Under the pieces are notes generated by a model. It saw nothing but the letters and a program-made list of their open reading frames with translations, ran no database searches and had not been told where the DNA came from. From positions 39,265 through 103,264 of IMG/VR virus record IMGVR_UViG_3300037504_000888: DNA of 64,000 nt; one strand, given 5' to 3'. Source of the stretch: a virus. The translations under genes were made by a program, and so were the position numbers. Of the stretch, positions 10,022 to 19,546 are shown piece after piece (within the stretch, counting starts at the first letter, position 1; the number at the start of each line of letters is the position of its first letter).

Positions 10022-10033
10022 GCGAGGCTGATC

Positions 10034-13000
10034 ATGATAGGCGTAGTGATCCATACACTGGTCAAGGTCTTCGCTGGGACCGTATTCGCCGCGGCTGTAC
10101 CTCCCGACACCGTGACGATCACGAGTACACCTACGACTTTATTTGAACAACAGGAGAATACCGGCGACGCAATCGAGGGAACTACTACAGCCGCCGACGG
10201 CAGTACTGCCACTGCTACTATCAACGGTCAAACATTCGGCACTGATACTGTTTCCGGCGGAGCATTTTCGATCACTGGATTCCCTACGGCTGCGATGATT
10301 GGCACCGGCGTAACGGTAGAGGTCACTGTCGGTACTGGGTCCGCCACGAGCACGACGAACGTTCTAGCAGGGACTGCATACTGGGACGCGAAGCGCGGTA
10401 TCACCTTTACACAGTCCGAGGTAGATGCCGATCTAACTGCTTGGACTCAGGATGGGGCAACAACGTATGATAATGGCGACGGCACCTACACCATCGAGGC
10501 GGTCAGTGGCAATCTGAGAATATACGATCTGGTCACCAACCCGTTGGCAGGTGCAAGATATAGCGACGTATTGTTCAAGGCCAAGTTGGGCACTGGTACT
10601 CCTACCTTGGAGGTACGTCCCGCCGCAGACTATACTGATACCGCTACCTATGACTTGTCTGCAGGCACCATCGCTACCGCCGGTGATGTCTACGGATCAT
10701 ACTACACCTACATAACGGGGCCTGATGCAGATGGGTTCTACACTTGCCGAGTCGGCGCGTACATGGCTTCGTCGGGGGGTCCAGCCGTGGTATTCAAGCT
10801 AACTGGCACGGTCAACCCTGGAGACTCTGTCATCATAAAGGATTTGAATCCAGTGGTGCATCGCCGTGTGGCGTCGTGGTCTGATCAGATTCAAGATCTG
10901 GTAGCATCTGCGCCGACCGATGACGCTAAACCAACCTTCACTGACGTTCCGGTAGGAGCGCTTGCCGATCGTTTATGGTACGACCGCAGCACCTCCAAGG
11001 CTTTGCGCACCGGGGACGTTACCCTGACGTCTGAAACTCATTATGTGATCATCGTAGCAGCGTATTTCGATACGGGAAATGTGCGTAAGCTACTGGAGAC
11101 GCAAAGCGGTCGATACGTGAACATAAGAACTGGAAATCCTGGTGATGTAGAGATAAACGGTACCGGTACAGGAGACATATTCTCAGGGCAACATTTGGTA
11201 ACTTGGATTATCGACGGGACCTCCGGGCGCACCAGGGTAGATGGATCTGATGTGGAATCTGGGATCAGTGTATCCGCTACTGATCTAACTGGAGTCATAG
11301 CGCTAGGTAACTCCTGGGGCGGTGATAACGCTAGATGGTTTGCAAACTATTACGGCATCTACATAGCTGCTGGTTCGAGTGTGCCTCTGACCGACGCCGA
11401 AATCGAAGCTTTAGAAAAGCAGATTAGCGGCTACCACGGGCTAGGGGTAGTTTTCGACACCGTGACGATCGATACGATCACGCAGTCGTCCACCACGAAC
11501 AGTCTCTACACGAACACACCATGCCGTGTTGCTGGCACTTCGACCGCAAGCGATGGCACTACTGTCACGGTAACAGTAGACGGTGAAGCCGCTGGAACGG
11601 GTACCGTAAGCAGCGGTGCATGGCACGTAGACTTCATCGTGACGGCCGCTATGGTTCCGGCGGCTGGTTCCGGCAACCCGGCTACGGTAGAGGCGAGCAT
11701 CACGGGCGCGTCTGATACGTCTTCTGTCAACGTCACGACAGAAACCGCTAGCTTGCTCGGATGGTGGGACCCGTCAGATTCATCGACGCTCAGTTTCGAC
11801 GGCTCGGGGAACGTCAACGGCATCACCGACAAGTACAACTCCTTTGACCTGGCTTGGGACGCTGGCGCCTGGGTGAGTACCGGTGTGCCGACTGGCATCG
11901 TCAACGGGCTCACGGTGTTGGACTGGGAGGGACATTCAGATGCTAGAAGGCTACGGAACACGAGCGCATCGTTGGTATGCGAGCATATTGCGACAGCCTG
12001 TAGGTATGACGCTACCTTGCCTTTCAATTCCTATAGAGGGTTAATCACAGCCGACAGTGGGAGTAACTCCGGACTGTTCCTTTTGGGGTTCCAAAACCGG
12101 GCTCACCTATACAATACACAAGGCCATGATCACTATGTCGATGGCGTCGTTAGGAATGATGATCGAATCGACAATTCTTGGCATCTGATAGAGTCGGAGA
12201 GAGTAAACACCGCGGCCGGTATCATTTTCGGAAACGATCGCGATCAAGCATCACGAGGGTGGAGCGGCCCACAGGGTGAGACACTCGCATGGGACTCGGC
12301 ACTCTCGTCTGGCGCAAGAGAGGCGCTACATCACTACTACGGTGTCAAGTGGGCCACGCCTTACGATCTGGTAGTCGAAAACGTTACACAGGACGTACTA
12401 GACGGCACGGTATTCACAAACGGACGATGTCGCATCAATGGTACCTCGACGGAAGCGGACGGCACTACCGTAACGGTAACGGTAGATGGGGAGACTGCTG
12501 GCACGGGTACCGTAAGCAGTGGTGAGTGGTACGTAGACTTCCTCGTAACTAGCGCCATGGTTCCGGCTGGAGGTAGCGGCACTAGCTCCAGCATTGTGGT
12601 TTCGACCGCTACGCATAGCACCGATGCTAGTATCAACGTCACGAGTGAGGCGGTGAACGTGCTCGGGTGGTACGATCCAAGCGAGTCGGCTTACGTGTCG
12701 CTTGACGGTTCGGGGAACATCGACGGCCTGACTGATAGATCGAGCGCGGGGAACGATCTCACGTGGAACTCTGGCAGCGGCGCGTCTACTGGCGTGCCGA
12801 CGACTACGGTCAACGGGTTGACTGCATGTGATTGGGGTAATGCCGATGATAAGCGTTGGTTGGAAAACACGGGGTCGCAGGTGATTCAGTACGTGTCTGC
12901 TGTATCTAGGTATGACGGAGTAATACCGTTCGATCAATACGCTGGGCCGGCTGGAGCTAACACAACCAGCAGTCCACAAGGTGCGTTCTTTTCCTCCGCT

Positions 13001-13276
13001 AGTGTTGGCGCTAGTGCGTGGTACGATGCAGCTGCTGGCCTTAACCATTTCCGCGACGGTGTTGACACAGGATCGGTGGATACATCCTTACATTTTTACG
13101 AAGCTATTAGCTCCGCAAACACTAGTACCGGGCTTATCGTAGGCAACGATCGCGCAGTCAGTAGTCGCTCATGGAACGGCCCTACGGGTGAGATGCTAGC
13201 GCTCGATGCAGTGCCATCGTCAAACTACCAAGAGGCCGAGCTCGACTACATCCAAACCAAGTGGGGTACGCCGTAA
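10034..13276 (+). CDS. Virion adhesin/fibre protein with three Ig-like + LamG/concanavalin-like modules
   Basis: Repeated GTST..DGTTVTVTVDGE.AGTGTVSSG.W; W(W/Y)DPS...V.G(I/L)TD and (I/V)GNDR...R.W.GP.GE motifs typical of LamG-like phage domains. Confidence 0.65.
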   Translation: MIGVVIHTLVKVFAGTVFAAAVPPDTVTITSTPTTLFEQQENTGDAIEGTTTAADGSTATATINGQTFGTDTVSGGAFSITGFPTAAMIGTGVTVEVTVGTGSATSTTNVLAGTAYWDAKRGITFTQSEVDADLTAWTQDGATTYDNGDGTYTIEAVSGNLRIYDLVTNPLAGARYSDVLFKAKLGTGTPTLEVRPAADYTDTATYDLSAGTIATAGDVYGSYYTYITGPDADGFYTCRVGAYMASSGGPAVVFKLTGTVNPGDSVIIKDLNPVVHRRVASWSDQIQDLVASAPTDDAKPTFTDVPVGALADRLWYDRSTSKALRTGDVTLTSETHYVIIVAAYFDTGNVRKLLETQSGRYVNIRTGNPGDVEINGTGTGDIFSGQHLVTWIIDGTSGRTRVDGSDVESGISVSATDLTGVIALGNSWGGDNARWFANYYGIYIAAGSSVPLTDAEIEALEKQISGYHGLGVVFDTVTIDTITQSSTTNSLYTNTPCRVAGTSTASDGTTVTVTVDGEAAGTGTVSSGAWHVDFIVTAAMVPAAGSGNPATVEASITGASDTSSVNVTTETASLLGWWDPSDSSTLSFDGSGNVNGITDKYNSFDLAWDAGAWVSTGVPTGIVNGLTVLDWEGHSDARRLRNTSASLVCEHIATACRYDATLPFNSYRGLITADSGSNSGLFLLGFQNRAHLYNTQGHDHYVDGVVRNDDRIDNSWHLIESERVNTAAGIIFGNDRDQASRGWSGPQGETLAWDSALSSGAREALHHYYGVKWATPYDLVVENVTQDVLDGTVFTNGRCRINGTSTEADGTTVTVTVDGETAGTGTVSSGEWYVDFLVTSAMVPAGGSGTSSSIVVSTATHSTDASINVTSEAVNVLGWYDPSESAYVSLDGSGNIDGLTDRSSAGNDLTWNSGSGASTGVPTTTVNGLTACDWGNADDKRWLENTGSQVIQYVSAVSRYDGVIPFDQYAGPAGANTTSSPQGAFFSSASVGASAWYDAAAGLNHFRDGVDTGSVDTSLHFYEAISSANTSTGLIVGNDRAVSSRSWNGPTGEMLALDAVPSSNYQEAELDYIQTKWGTP

Positions 13277-13291
13277 CCTCAGGAGACGACA

Positions 13292-13765
13292 ATGGACATA
13301 GCAACACTGAAAAGCAAGGCCGTCGAGAAGTTCGGCGCCGACGCAACGATCATCTACACACCCGACCTGGCGTCGGATAGTCCTGGTGAGCAGCACGCAA
13401 AACTTCCCGGTGTGGAGACCTACACGGCCTTCGTGAAGGAGCCCCTGGGAGCAACCGGATTTCGCACGTCTACCTACTCGATCCATGTGACTGAGAGAGG
13501 CACTGTAGATGAAGAGGCTCGTTTCGAGCGAGTGGATATCGATCCTACAGAATCGAACGACGCGAAGTTCATTCGGCTCCTCAACGAGGAGGTGGAATCG
13601 CTGCGTTCAGCAGGGACGATTCGGCGCGCGTGGATCGATCCATCATCGCCTCAATACCTCACCCCGAGCCGGCTCATCCGGGCGGTGCTCGATTCGAACG
13701 GGACTGAGATAGCGCGCGAGTACTATCTCGCCGCCGATGGAACGCTGCAATTCGATGCAGTGTAA
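13292..13765 (+). CDS. Hypothetical protein (fibre-associated)
   Basis: AGGAGA RBS; position directly after fibre genes. Confidence 0.5.
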   Translation: MDIATLKSKAVEKFGADATIIYTPDLASDSPGEQHAKLPGVETYTAFVKEPLGATGFRTSTYSIHVTERGTVDEEARFERVDIDPTESNDAKFIRLLNEEVESLRSAGTIRRAWIDPSSPQYLTPSRLIRAVLDSNGTEIAREYYLAADGTLQFDAV

Positions 13766-13777
13766 GGAGCTTGAACC

Positions 13778-14173
13778 GTGGCACAGAATACGTGGCTGAA
13801 GAAAACGGTCTTTCGGGGCTCTGGCGGTAGCAGCGTTACCGTGAACATCACGATGGATGTAAGCGAGATCACGGCAACGGACGCCACGATCGCCGTGACG
13901 CTCCGGCTCTGTGCCATGGTGACGGGCACAAGCTCGAATACGCAGATGAAGGAGATTCGAGCGATGTTCGTGAAGGACTCAAACTCGGGCTCATTACGTG
14001 CAGCCGCAGGCCCGACAGAGATACTCGACATCGGTCAAACGAGTGGCTTCATTGGCACGATGACCGCAGACGCTCCCGACTCGAACACCATTCGCATCCA
14101 AGTACCTACGGGCCCCACAGCTGGAATCCTTTTGCGCGGCGTGATGACCGCGCATGTTGACCACGTGACCTAA
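13778..14173 (+). CDS. Hypothetical virion protein
   Basis: AAGGAG RBS; beta-rich 131 aa. Confidence 0.5.
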   Translation: MAQNTWLKKTVFRGSGGSSVTVNITMDVSEITATDATIAVTLRLCAMVTGTSSNTQMKEIRAMFVKDSNSGSLRAAAGPTEILDIGQTSGFIGTMTADAPDSNTIRIQVPTGPTAGILLRGVMTAHVDHVT

Positions 14174-14937
14174 TGATCTGGCTCATTGTTCCTTTCAGCC
14201 GTCCTGCGTTCGCCGCCAATGTGGTGGCAAACTATCGGCGACAGAGCATCTACGCGCGGCTCGTATGGGTGCACAACGGACCAGCGAGAGGTGAAGCGCT
14301 GGAGACCCCAGGCGAGCACCTAGAGAGCGAAAGCGGGCTCGCAGAGCCTATGAATGCGGGTCTGGCTTACGTACGAAAGAAGGGCGCGCCGACAGACTGG
14401 TTTTGCAAGTGGGACGATGATGACTACTACGGACCCGACTACGTACGAACGGTGATCGATGGCATCGAGCGCGGGGCTGATATTGTAGGACGGTCTGCTG
14501 CGTGGGTACGGACTGAAACCGAGAGGTTGTGGTTCATCGAAGGCTTGCAGAACCAATGGAGCAACGATCTGGGGTTTCACGGGCCGACGCTTGCGAGCGC
14601 GATCGACTGCCCGAACTTTCCGCTCGTAGATGAGTGGGGCGAAGACTTCGCATGGCTCAACGAGATGGCAGCTGCGGGTCGGTCTAAGCGCTGGCACTCC
14701 AGCGCACATGACTTCTGCTGGATGCGACGAGGACCGGAACATGGGCACGCCTTTCCCTTCAGCGCGCCTACACTCGCGGGCATGCAAGCGTTCAACGTGT
14801 ATGACTGCGGACCGTTCCTATTGGAGACCACGCGCACAACATCGCCGCGTTTCAAACACATTGTGCGAAAGCCAGAGGACGGCGAGCAAGTCGAACGCAT
14901 GTTCGACGAGATGCACCTAGCGAGGAGCCAGCGATGA
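14173..14937 (+). CDS. Glycosyltransferase family 2 (GT-A fold)
   Basis: N-terminal LIVPF strand, WFCKWDDDDYY DxD motif, GED catalytic motif. Confidence 0.75.
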   Translation: MIWLIVPFSRPAFAANVVANYRRQSIYARLVWVHNGPARGEALETPGEHLESESGLAEPMNAGLAYVRKKGAPTDWFCKWDDDDYYGPDYVRTVIDGIERGADIVGRSAAWVRTETERLWFIEGLQNQWSNDLGFHGPTLASAIDCPNFPLVDEWGEDFAWLNEMAAAGRSKRWHSSAHDFCWMRRGPEHGHAFPFSAPTLAGMQAFNVYDCGPFLLETTRTTSPRFKHIVRKPEDGEQVERMFDEMHLARSQR

Positions 14938-15743
14938 GGCGTCACGTTTCAATAGGGCCGGCTGTGCCCATGCGATGGCTCAGCGTGAAGGTTACGAACC
15001 ATTGTCCGCATGAATGTTCTTACTGCGTCAGCGGCTCGAACGCAGAGCACCCTCGATGGGGTGTCGAGTTCGTTGAAGAAGAAGTGCTCACACAAGCCGC
15101 ACAGGTCGATGCGGTAGAGATCACGGGAGGCGAGCCGCTGCGCGAAGCGTTGCTGGCTGAGTTGCTGTACAAGCTACACCGGGACCACGCTGTGCGAATC
15201 AACCTGCTCACCGCTGGGAGCCGCAACCGGCACGATCGTCGCGCCCTCCAGGAATTGCGGGTTGGAGACCACGTGCACTTCACGCACCACATTAGCGAGC
15301 GTGATAACGAGCAAGAGATTCGTGCATGCCTTTACGACCTTCCTTCTGGCGTAGACGCCACGGTGAAGGTTTTGGGGCTCGATGAAGAGTCAGTGCGTGG
15401 CGCCATGCAACGATGGACTGACGTCCGCGTGATGCCAGCGCTGGTCGGGCAGTACCCACGTCCGCTCAACCTTCCGTGGCCTGACGACTATCCGCGGTGG
15501 CTCAGCCTACGAGTTCGCTTCGATGATGGTAGCGAAGAGGTCGTGCCCCCAGCTCGTGCCATCCACGACGGCTTTACGCGTGTGAACGGTTGGAAGTGCT
15601 CGGCTGGTACAGTCATCAATGAGTGGGGGATGCGGATGAGCACGTGGTGCAACTCTCGACAACTTGGCCGCTGTCAGGCTCGCTTTTGCGACTGCGGCTC
15701 CGACCTTCTCTTGGGGGTAAAGGTTTCGGGTTTGGCAAGCTAG
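14934..15743 (+). CDS. Radical SAM enzyme with C-terminal Cys-rich (Twitch/SPASM-like) cluster
   Basis: TNHCPHECSYC (CxxxCxxC), ITGGEPL, C-terminal CSAG...WC...C...CDC. Confidence 0.8.
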   Translation: MRRHVSIGPAVPMRWLSVKVTNHCPHECSYCVSGSNAEHPRWGVEFVEEEVLTQAAQVDAVEITGGEPLREALLAELLYKLHRDHAVRINLLTAGSRNRHDRRALQELRVGDHVHFTHHISERDNEQEIRACLYDLPSGVDATVKVLGLDEESVRGAMQRWTDVRVMPALVGQYPRPLNLPWPDDYPRWLSLRVRFDDGSEEVVPPARAIHDGFTRVNGWKCSAGTVINEWGMRMSTWCNSRQLGRCQARFCDCGSDLLLGVKVSGLAS

Positions 15744-15768
15744 TAGTTCGACCTACATACTTGGAGCT

Positions 15769-15803
15769 AAGAAAAAAGAGGGGCGGGCCCTAGAGGCCCG
15801 CCC
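15769..15803 (-). terminator. Intrinsic terminator of the leftward replication operon
   Basis: 9-bp stem GGGCGGGCC/GGCCCGCCC (15781-15803), followed on the minus strand by CTCTTTTTTCTT; sits between convergent operons. Confidence 0.8.
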
Positions 15804-15966
15804 ATTCGTGCGTCTCGAGTTGCCGTCGCGGGGTTGTACGGCCGAAGACGTCGAGGCCGAGGCGTCGAACGAGGTCTTGCAGCTCCCCGTCCGACGCGCT
15901 CAAGTCTACCTCGGCGACGTCGTCAGCCCGGGGCAGGACGCACCCGGGCCAGACGGTCGTCTTCAG
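15790..15966 (-). CDS. Unannotated 58-codon ORF (CTG start or -1 frameshift extension), Rho-N/HeH-like
   Basis: LKTTVWPG...SDGELQDLVRRLGLDV...; CTG overlaps upstream TGA (CTGA); G-run 8 nt upstream. Confidence 0.4.
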   Translation of the reverse strand: MKTTVWPGCVLPRADDVAEVDLSASDGELQDLVRRLGLDVFGRTTPRRQLETHEWAGL

Positions 15967-16748
15967 CCCTGTTGTCCCCCCAAGGACTGCAGGAACTGCT
16001 CGAGCTCGCCCCCGTTGAGAGCCGACGCGAGCTCGGTGGTGAGGTCTCCGCGTTGACGGTGCATCGCAGCTTCGACGAACGTCACGAGTAGGAGCAGCGT
16101 GGTGCCGGTAATCTGATTGCTGACAGCAGCCTGGTTCTTGAGTTCGGTGAGTGCTGCTACGAGCTGGCCCTGCGACTGCGTGAGGGCCTGGATGCTCTGA
16201 GAGATCTTCTGCTGGTTGCTGATGATGGTGGCCAGCGGGTCAGGGTCGTTGGAGAACGTCGGCTGCCGGACGTCAGCTGCCGGGGCAGGAGGAGTGGCAG
16301 CCGGGGCGGCAGGAGCAGCAGGAGGGGCGGCAGGGGCGGCAGGAGCGGCCGGGGCGGCCTGTTGGGGAATCCCGACTGCTCCGGGCATGGAGATGGCAGG
16401 AGCGGCCGCCGGGGCGGCAGGAGCTGATGGACCCGGCATGGACATCTGCTGTGAGGGCATCTGTGGGGCTCCGCTTGGCATGGCCGGCTGCTGTGGGGCC
16501 GGCTGCTGTGGGGCTGATGCTGCCTGGGCCGGAGCAACACCCTGACCGGCATCCTTGGCCTGGAGCACGGCGAGCAGGCGCTCTGCTTGCTGATCGGGAG
16601 GAGCGCTCGAATAGGCGATCTTGTCGTTATGATCGGCGAAGGCGTTCTCCTGGTTCATGATCCTGAAGCGGAGGCTCGGGCGGAGCTGTTCTTGGATGTA
16701 GTTGAGGTCCCGGGGGATGGTGTCGGCGTTGATGGTTCCTACGCTCAT
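15963..16748 (-). CDS. Pro/Ala/Gln-rich protein with C-terminal coiled coil
   Basis: ATGA overlap with upstream gene at 16745-16748 and GAGGA RBS define the start; long low-complexity centre. Confidence 0.65.
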   Translation of the reverse strand: MSVGTINADTIPRDLNYIQEQLRPSLRFRIMNQENAFADHNDKIAYSSAPPDQQAERLLAVLQAKDAGQGVAPAQAASAPQQPAPQQPAMPSGAPQMPSQQMSMPGPSAPAAPAAAPAISMPGAVGIPQQAAPAAPAAPAAPPAAPAAPAATPPAPAADVRQPTFSNDPDPLATIISNQQKISQSIQALTQSQGQLVAALTELKNQAAVSNQITGTTLLLLVTFVEAAMHRQRGDLTTELASALNGGELEQFLQSLGGQQG

Positions 16749-17155
16749 GATCTTTTCCTCAGTTGCTTGATGAGTTGGGTATTTTGGGGGGCCTGGTTCG
16801 ACACGCAGGCAATCACCTGCATGTCGGTGCAACCAAAGCACGGCCTCGGGTTCGCCTTGGTTGGGTCTGGGTGCTTCATATCCTTGGCGGGACACTTCAA
16901 CTGTGGGCGGAGGGTCCGCCAGTACTGCTCGATGAAGGCGATGAGTCCCTCGCGCAGCTCGTCGATGGGGTGCTCGACGTCACTGAAGTCTTCTGGCAAC
17001 CAGTCTCTTAGCGCGTCGATGAGACGGGTTCGCTCCCAGGCGGGATGAACGTTGAGCCCAGCGTGACGGCAGAGCTGATAGAGCTCGGTGTGATTCAGTC
17101 GGTCGAAGAGGTCATAGTCGATGCTGGTTGTAGATGAAGACGTCAACGGGTCCAT
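16745..17155 (-). CDS. Rho-N/HeH-like domain protein with Cys motif
   Basis: LNHTELYQLCRHAGL...RTRLIDAL helix-extension-helix pattern; CP...CFGC...C. Confidence 0.5.
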   Translation of the reverse strand: MDPLTSSSTTSIDYDLFDRLNHTELYQLCRHAGLNVHPAWERTRLIDALRDWLPEDFSDVEHPIDELREGLIAFIEQYWRTLRPQLKCPAKDMKHPDPTKANPRPCFGCTDMQVIACVSNQAPQNTQLIKQLRKRS

Positions 17156-17606
17156 CCTCCTGTTCCGCGTTCCAGGCCCAAAGCTCGAAGTACGCCTCCC
17201 CGCCTGGGGGTGCCTGTACCTTCATCGAAGTGACACAGACGTGTTGTGAATCGTCATGCCCGCAAGCGTCGACCAACGCATCTTCTAGAACCTTGAGGTA
17301 GTTGGATGCGTCAAGTTTCTTATGCCGTGTCTTTGCCTTTTTTGGCCACCCGCGGTTGTAGAGCTCTTGGAAGTAGAGCACAACGATAATCGAGTATTCT
17401 CCGGACGGGCTGGAGAAGAACTTCAGCACCTCCGGGTGGTTTCGCGCGAGCCATGTCTTGAACTCGCGTTTGTACTTCTTGCCGGTGTTGTTGAGCACCC
17501 GCAGAATCACGGGCTTGCCCTTGGGGTTGTTCTTCGGCCTTGCCAGCTTGCTGAAGTAGGCGTTGTTCATCGACGGTGGGAAGAACGGGCACTTGATGTG
17601 GATCAC
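17112..17606 (-). CDS. rusA: RusA-family Holliday junction resolvase
   Basis: PPSMN N-terminus; KLDASNYLKVLEDAL...DDSQ catalytic motif. Confidence 0.75.
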   Translation of the reverse strand: MIHIKCPFFPPSMNNAYFSKLARPKNNPKGKPVILRVLNNTGKKYKREFKTWLARNHPEVLKFFSSPSGEYSIIVVLYFQELYNRGWPKKAKTRHKKLDASNYLKVLEDALVDACGHDDSQHVCVTSMKVQAPPGGEAYFELWAWNAEQEDGPVDVFIYNQHRL

Positions 17607-18235
17607 TGACTGAATCTCCGGGGCCCAGAACGGTGCTGTCGCCCATGGATGTCCACATCCTGTCCCCGTATGGTGACGCGTCGACTCAGTAGGGCGCTGG
17701 TGCGCTCGATGCTGGATAGGAAGCCTTCTAGAACCTTCTTCTGCGAGGTGATCTCTGCGATGCGTTGTTCGATCTGCCGGGGGTACGGCTGGCGTTCAGC
17801 GGCCTCTTTGAGCTCGGTCTCGCTAGGTACGTCGGATTTCTTGGAGGCGTGAAGCTTTGCGTCATCGCGCAGTGCGGTTTTGAACTCCCGAACGATGTCC
17901 TTGTACTCCCGGTGGCGAACCTCTAGCTCGGCTTCGACAAAGCCAAGAAGCCTCTTGCAGAGGTCGAACCAGTGGTTGACCTCAGCCATCAGACGCTCGA
18001 ATTCCTCCCCTTCTAGATCCACGAACTGGTCGGGGGTGAGCGTCGGATAGGGGCAGACCGGAGGGGAGATATTCTCGTTGAACCCCTTCAGAGCCAGCTC
18101 TTGTATGGCTTTGGAGTAGGTATCTTCCCACTCCGCGGTGATTGCGTCTTGCTGGTCATCGGGGACGTAGCCGTTGACGTTGACGTTGAGGGTCACTTGG
18201 TCAGCCTCCTTGGTGGTGACGTCTTCTTTCTCCAC
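17603..18235 (-). CDS. Helical coiled-coil protein (possible UvsY-like recombination mediator)
   Basis: Long amphipathic helices; located in the recombination cluster; function inferred from context only. Confidence 0.35.
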   Translation of the reverse strand: MEKEDVTTKEADQVTLNVNVNGYVPDDQQDAITAEWEDTYSKAIQELALKGFNENISPPVCPYPTLTPDQFVDLEGEEFERLMAEVNHWFDLCKRLLGFVEAELEVRHREYKDIVREFKTALRDDAKLHASKKSDVPSETELKEAAERQPYPRQIEQRIAEITSQKKVLEGFLSSIERTSALLSRRVTIRGQDVDIHGRQHRSGPRRFSQ

Positions 18236-19050
18236 GTCGTGTGCAGCTTGAGGATGGTGGGGCGGCAGGTTTCACTGAAGGCACACCACTTGCAGGGCAT
18301 CCCCTCCTCGCGGTCGGGGAGTGTGCCAGCTTGGAGGTGCTGATGGGCGAGCTGGCTGCGACCCTCAAGCGTGTTCCACTCGTTGCGGTTGAACGGCACG
18401 ACCCACGGTGCCGTGGGGGGTGTCCAGTTGCTGTTCGACTTGTTGTAGTAGAGAAACCACATCAGCGGTACGTCGAGGGCTTTCTGATACAGGGTGGCCT
18501 GCTGTAGGTGGTGGTCCTTGGGTCCTGTCAGCTTCTCGAACTCATCGGCGGACGTCGTCTTGATCTCCCAGCCGAGGCGTAGGTAGGGCTGACCCACTGT
18601 GTCGCAAAAGGTGAACACACCGTCGCAAGATGAGGAGTAGTCGTACTGGGCGGATACGCCGCCCAGGTTTTTGTCGATCCTCACCTCGTCCTCGAGCGAC
18701 ACCTGGCCGAGTGTTGTTGCGCAGACCTCCTCGAACTCAGTCTGCAGAAGCGCGTGCAGCATGGTGCCGACGTCGAAGCGGTTCTGCATGTTCACGTCGG
18801 GGTTGGCTGCCTGGCGCGGCTCACCTCGCAGCGCATAGACGGCCTGCCTCACGCAGGTGTTCAACTCGGAGGCATGAAGCCCAGGCGAGCGATTACTGTT
18901 GTCTCCGAAGTGCACCGCAACAGTGCGTCCGCCGACGTCCCGTTTCTTCCAGTCTTCGTAGGCTGGGCCGAGCCAAGCAACCTGCTCGAGCAAGCTCTTC
19001 CAGTTGTTGTGTGGGTCGTACAGGTCGTCAATCGTCAGTAGCCTTGGCAT
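18193..19050 (-). CDS. Solo Cas4-like PD-(D/E)XK exonuclease with Fe-S cysteines
   Basis: HASELNTC.R, G..LH, DG, WEIKT, Q...Y, CKWCAFSETC. Confidence 0.8.
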   Translation of the reverse strand: MPRLLTIDDLYDPHNNWKSLLEQVAWLGPAYEDWKKRDVGGRTVAVHFGDNSNRSPGLHASELNTCVRQAVYALRGEPRQAANPDVNMQNRFDVGTMLHALLQTEFEEVCATTLGQVSLEDEVRIDKNLGGVSAQYDYSSSCDGVFTFCDTVGQPYLRLGWEIKTTSADEFEKLTGPKDHHLQQATLYQKALDVPLMWFLYYNKSNSNWTPPTAPWVVPFNRNEWNTLEGRSQLAHQHLQAGTLPDREEGMPCKWCAFSETCRPTILKLHTTWRKKTSPPRRLTK

Positions 19051-19546
19051 GCTTCTCCCATTCGCTGCGCGGCACGAGCACCCACGAGTCCTCGGTCCGT
19101 AGGGTCTGTGGGTCTTTGAAGTCGACTACGAAGACAGGGATTTCACCCAGTGCGCACTCCGACCGAATCTTGTCGAGCTCGGTGCGCCGCACTGAGTAGC
19201 TTTTCTTCATCGTGTACTTCGCCTCAATACGGTACTTGCCGGCGACACGAACGTCGCCCTCGTAACCGGTTTGGTTCCCACTTCCGTAATGCCGCCGGCC
19301 GCCTGTGGTTTGCGCCAGCTTCTCTTCCTGCTTCACAGAGGCCCTCTTCATCTTCTTCTTCGAGTGCTTGGGCCGGCTCTCCTTGGGTGGGTGGAGGATG
19401 ACGGGTATGTGATGCGTCGCGTGCTCACAAGGTAGGAGCGCCTGGTCGACGAGGAAGTCACCGCGGTAGCCGTCATCAGTCGTGAGTTCGACGATGATGG
19501 CCCCTGCGGTGGTGCGGGTGAGAAGGGCGCCTATCGATACAAACAC
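19028..19546 (-). CDS. PD-(D/E)XK endonuclease (phage Holliday-junction-resolvase-like); start uncertain
   Basis: QEEKLA...GGRR..GSG...GDV...RIEAKYT; GTG at 19546 overlaps the recA stop region. Confidence 0.65.
   Translation of the reverse strand: MFVSIGALLTRTTAGAIIVELTTDDGYRGDFLVDQALLPCEHATHHIPVILHPPKESRPKHSKKKMKRASVKQEEKLAQTTGGRRHYGSGNQTGYEGDVRVAGKYRIEAKYTMKKSYSVRRTELDKIRSECALGEIPVFVVDFKDPQTLRTEDSWVLVPRSEWEKHAKATDD

Noticed and set aside
11530-13276. Diversity-generating retroelement target/template repeats in the adhesin
   Set aside because: Repeats are in-frame protein duplications without an adenine-specific mismatch pattern; no reverse transcriptase in the window
18193-19050. CRISPR-Cas locus
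   Set aside because: Solo Cas4-like gene only; no repeat-spacer array or other cas genes seen
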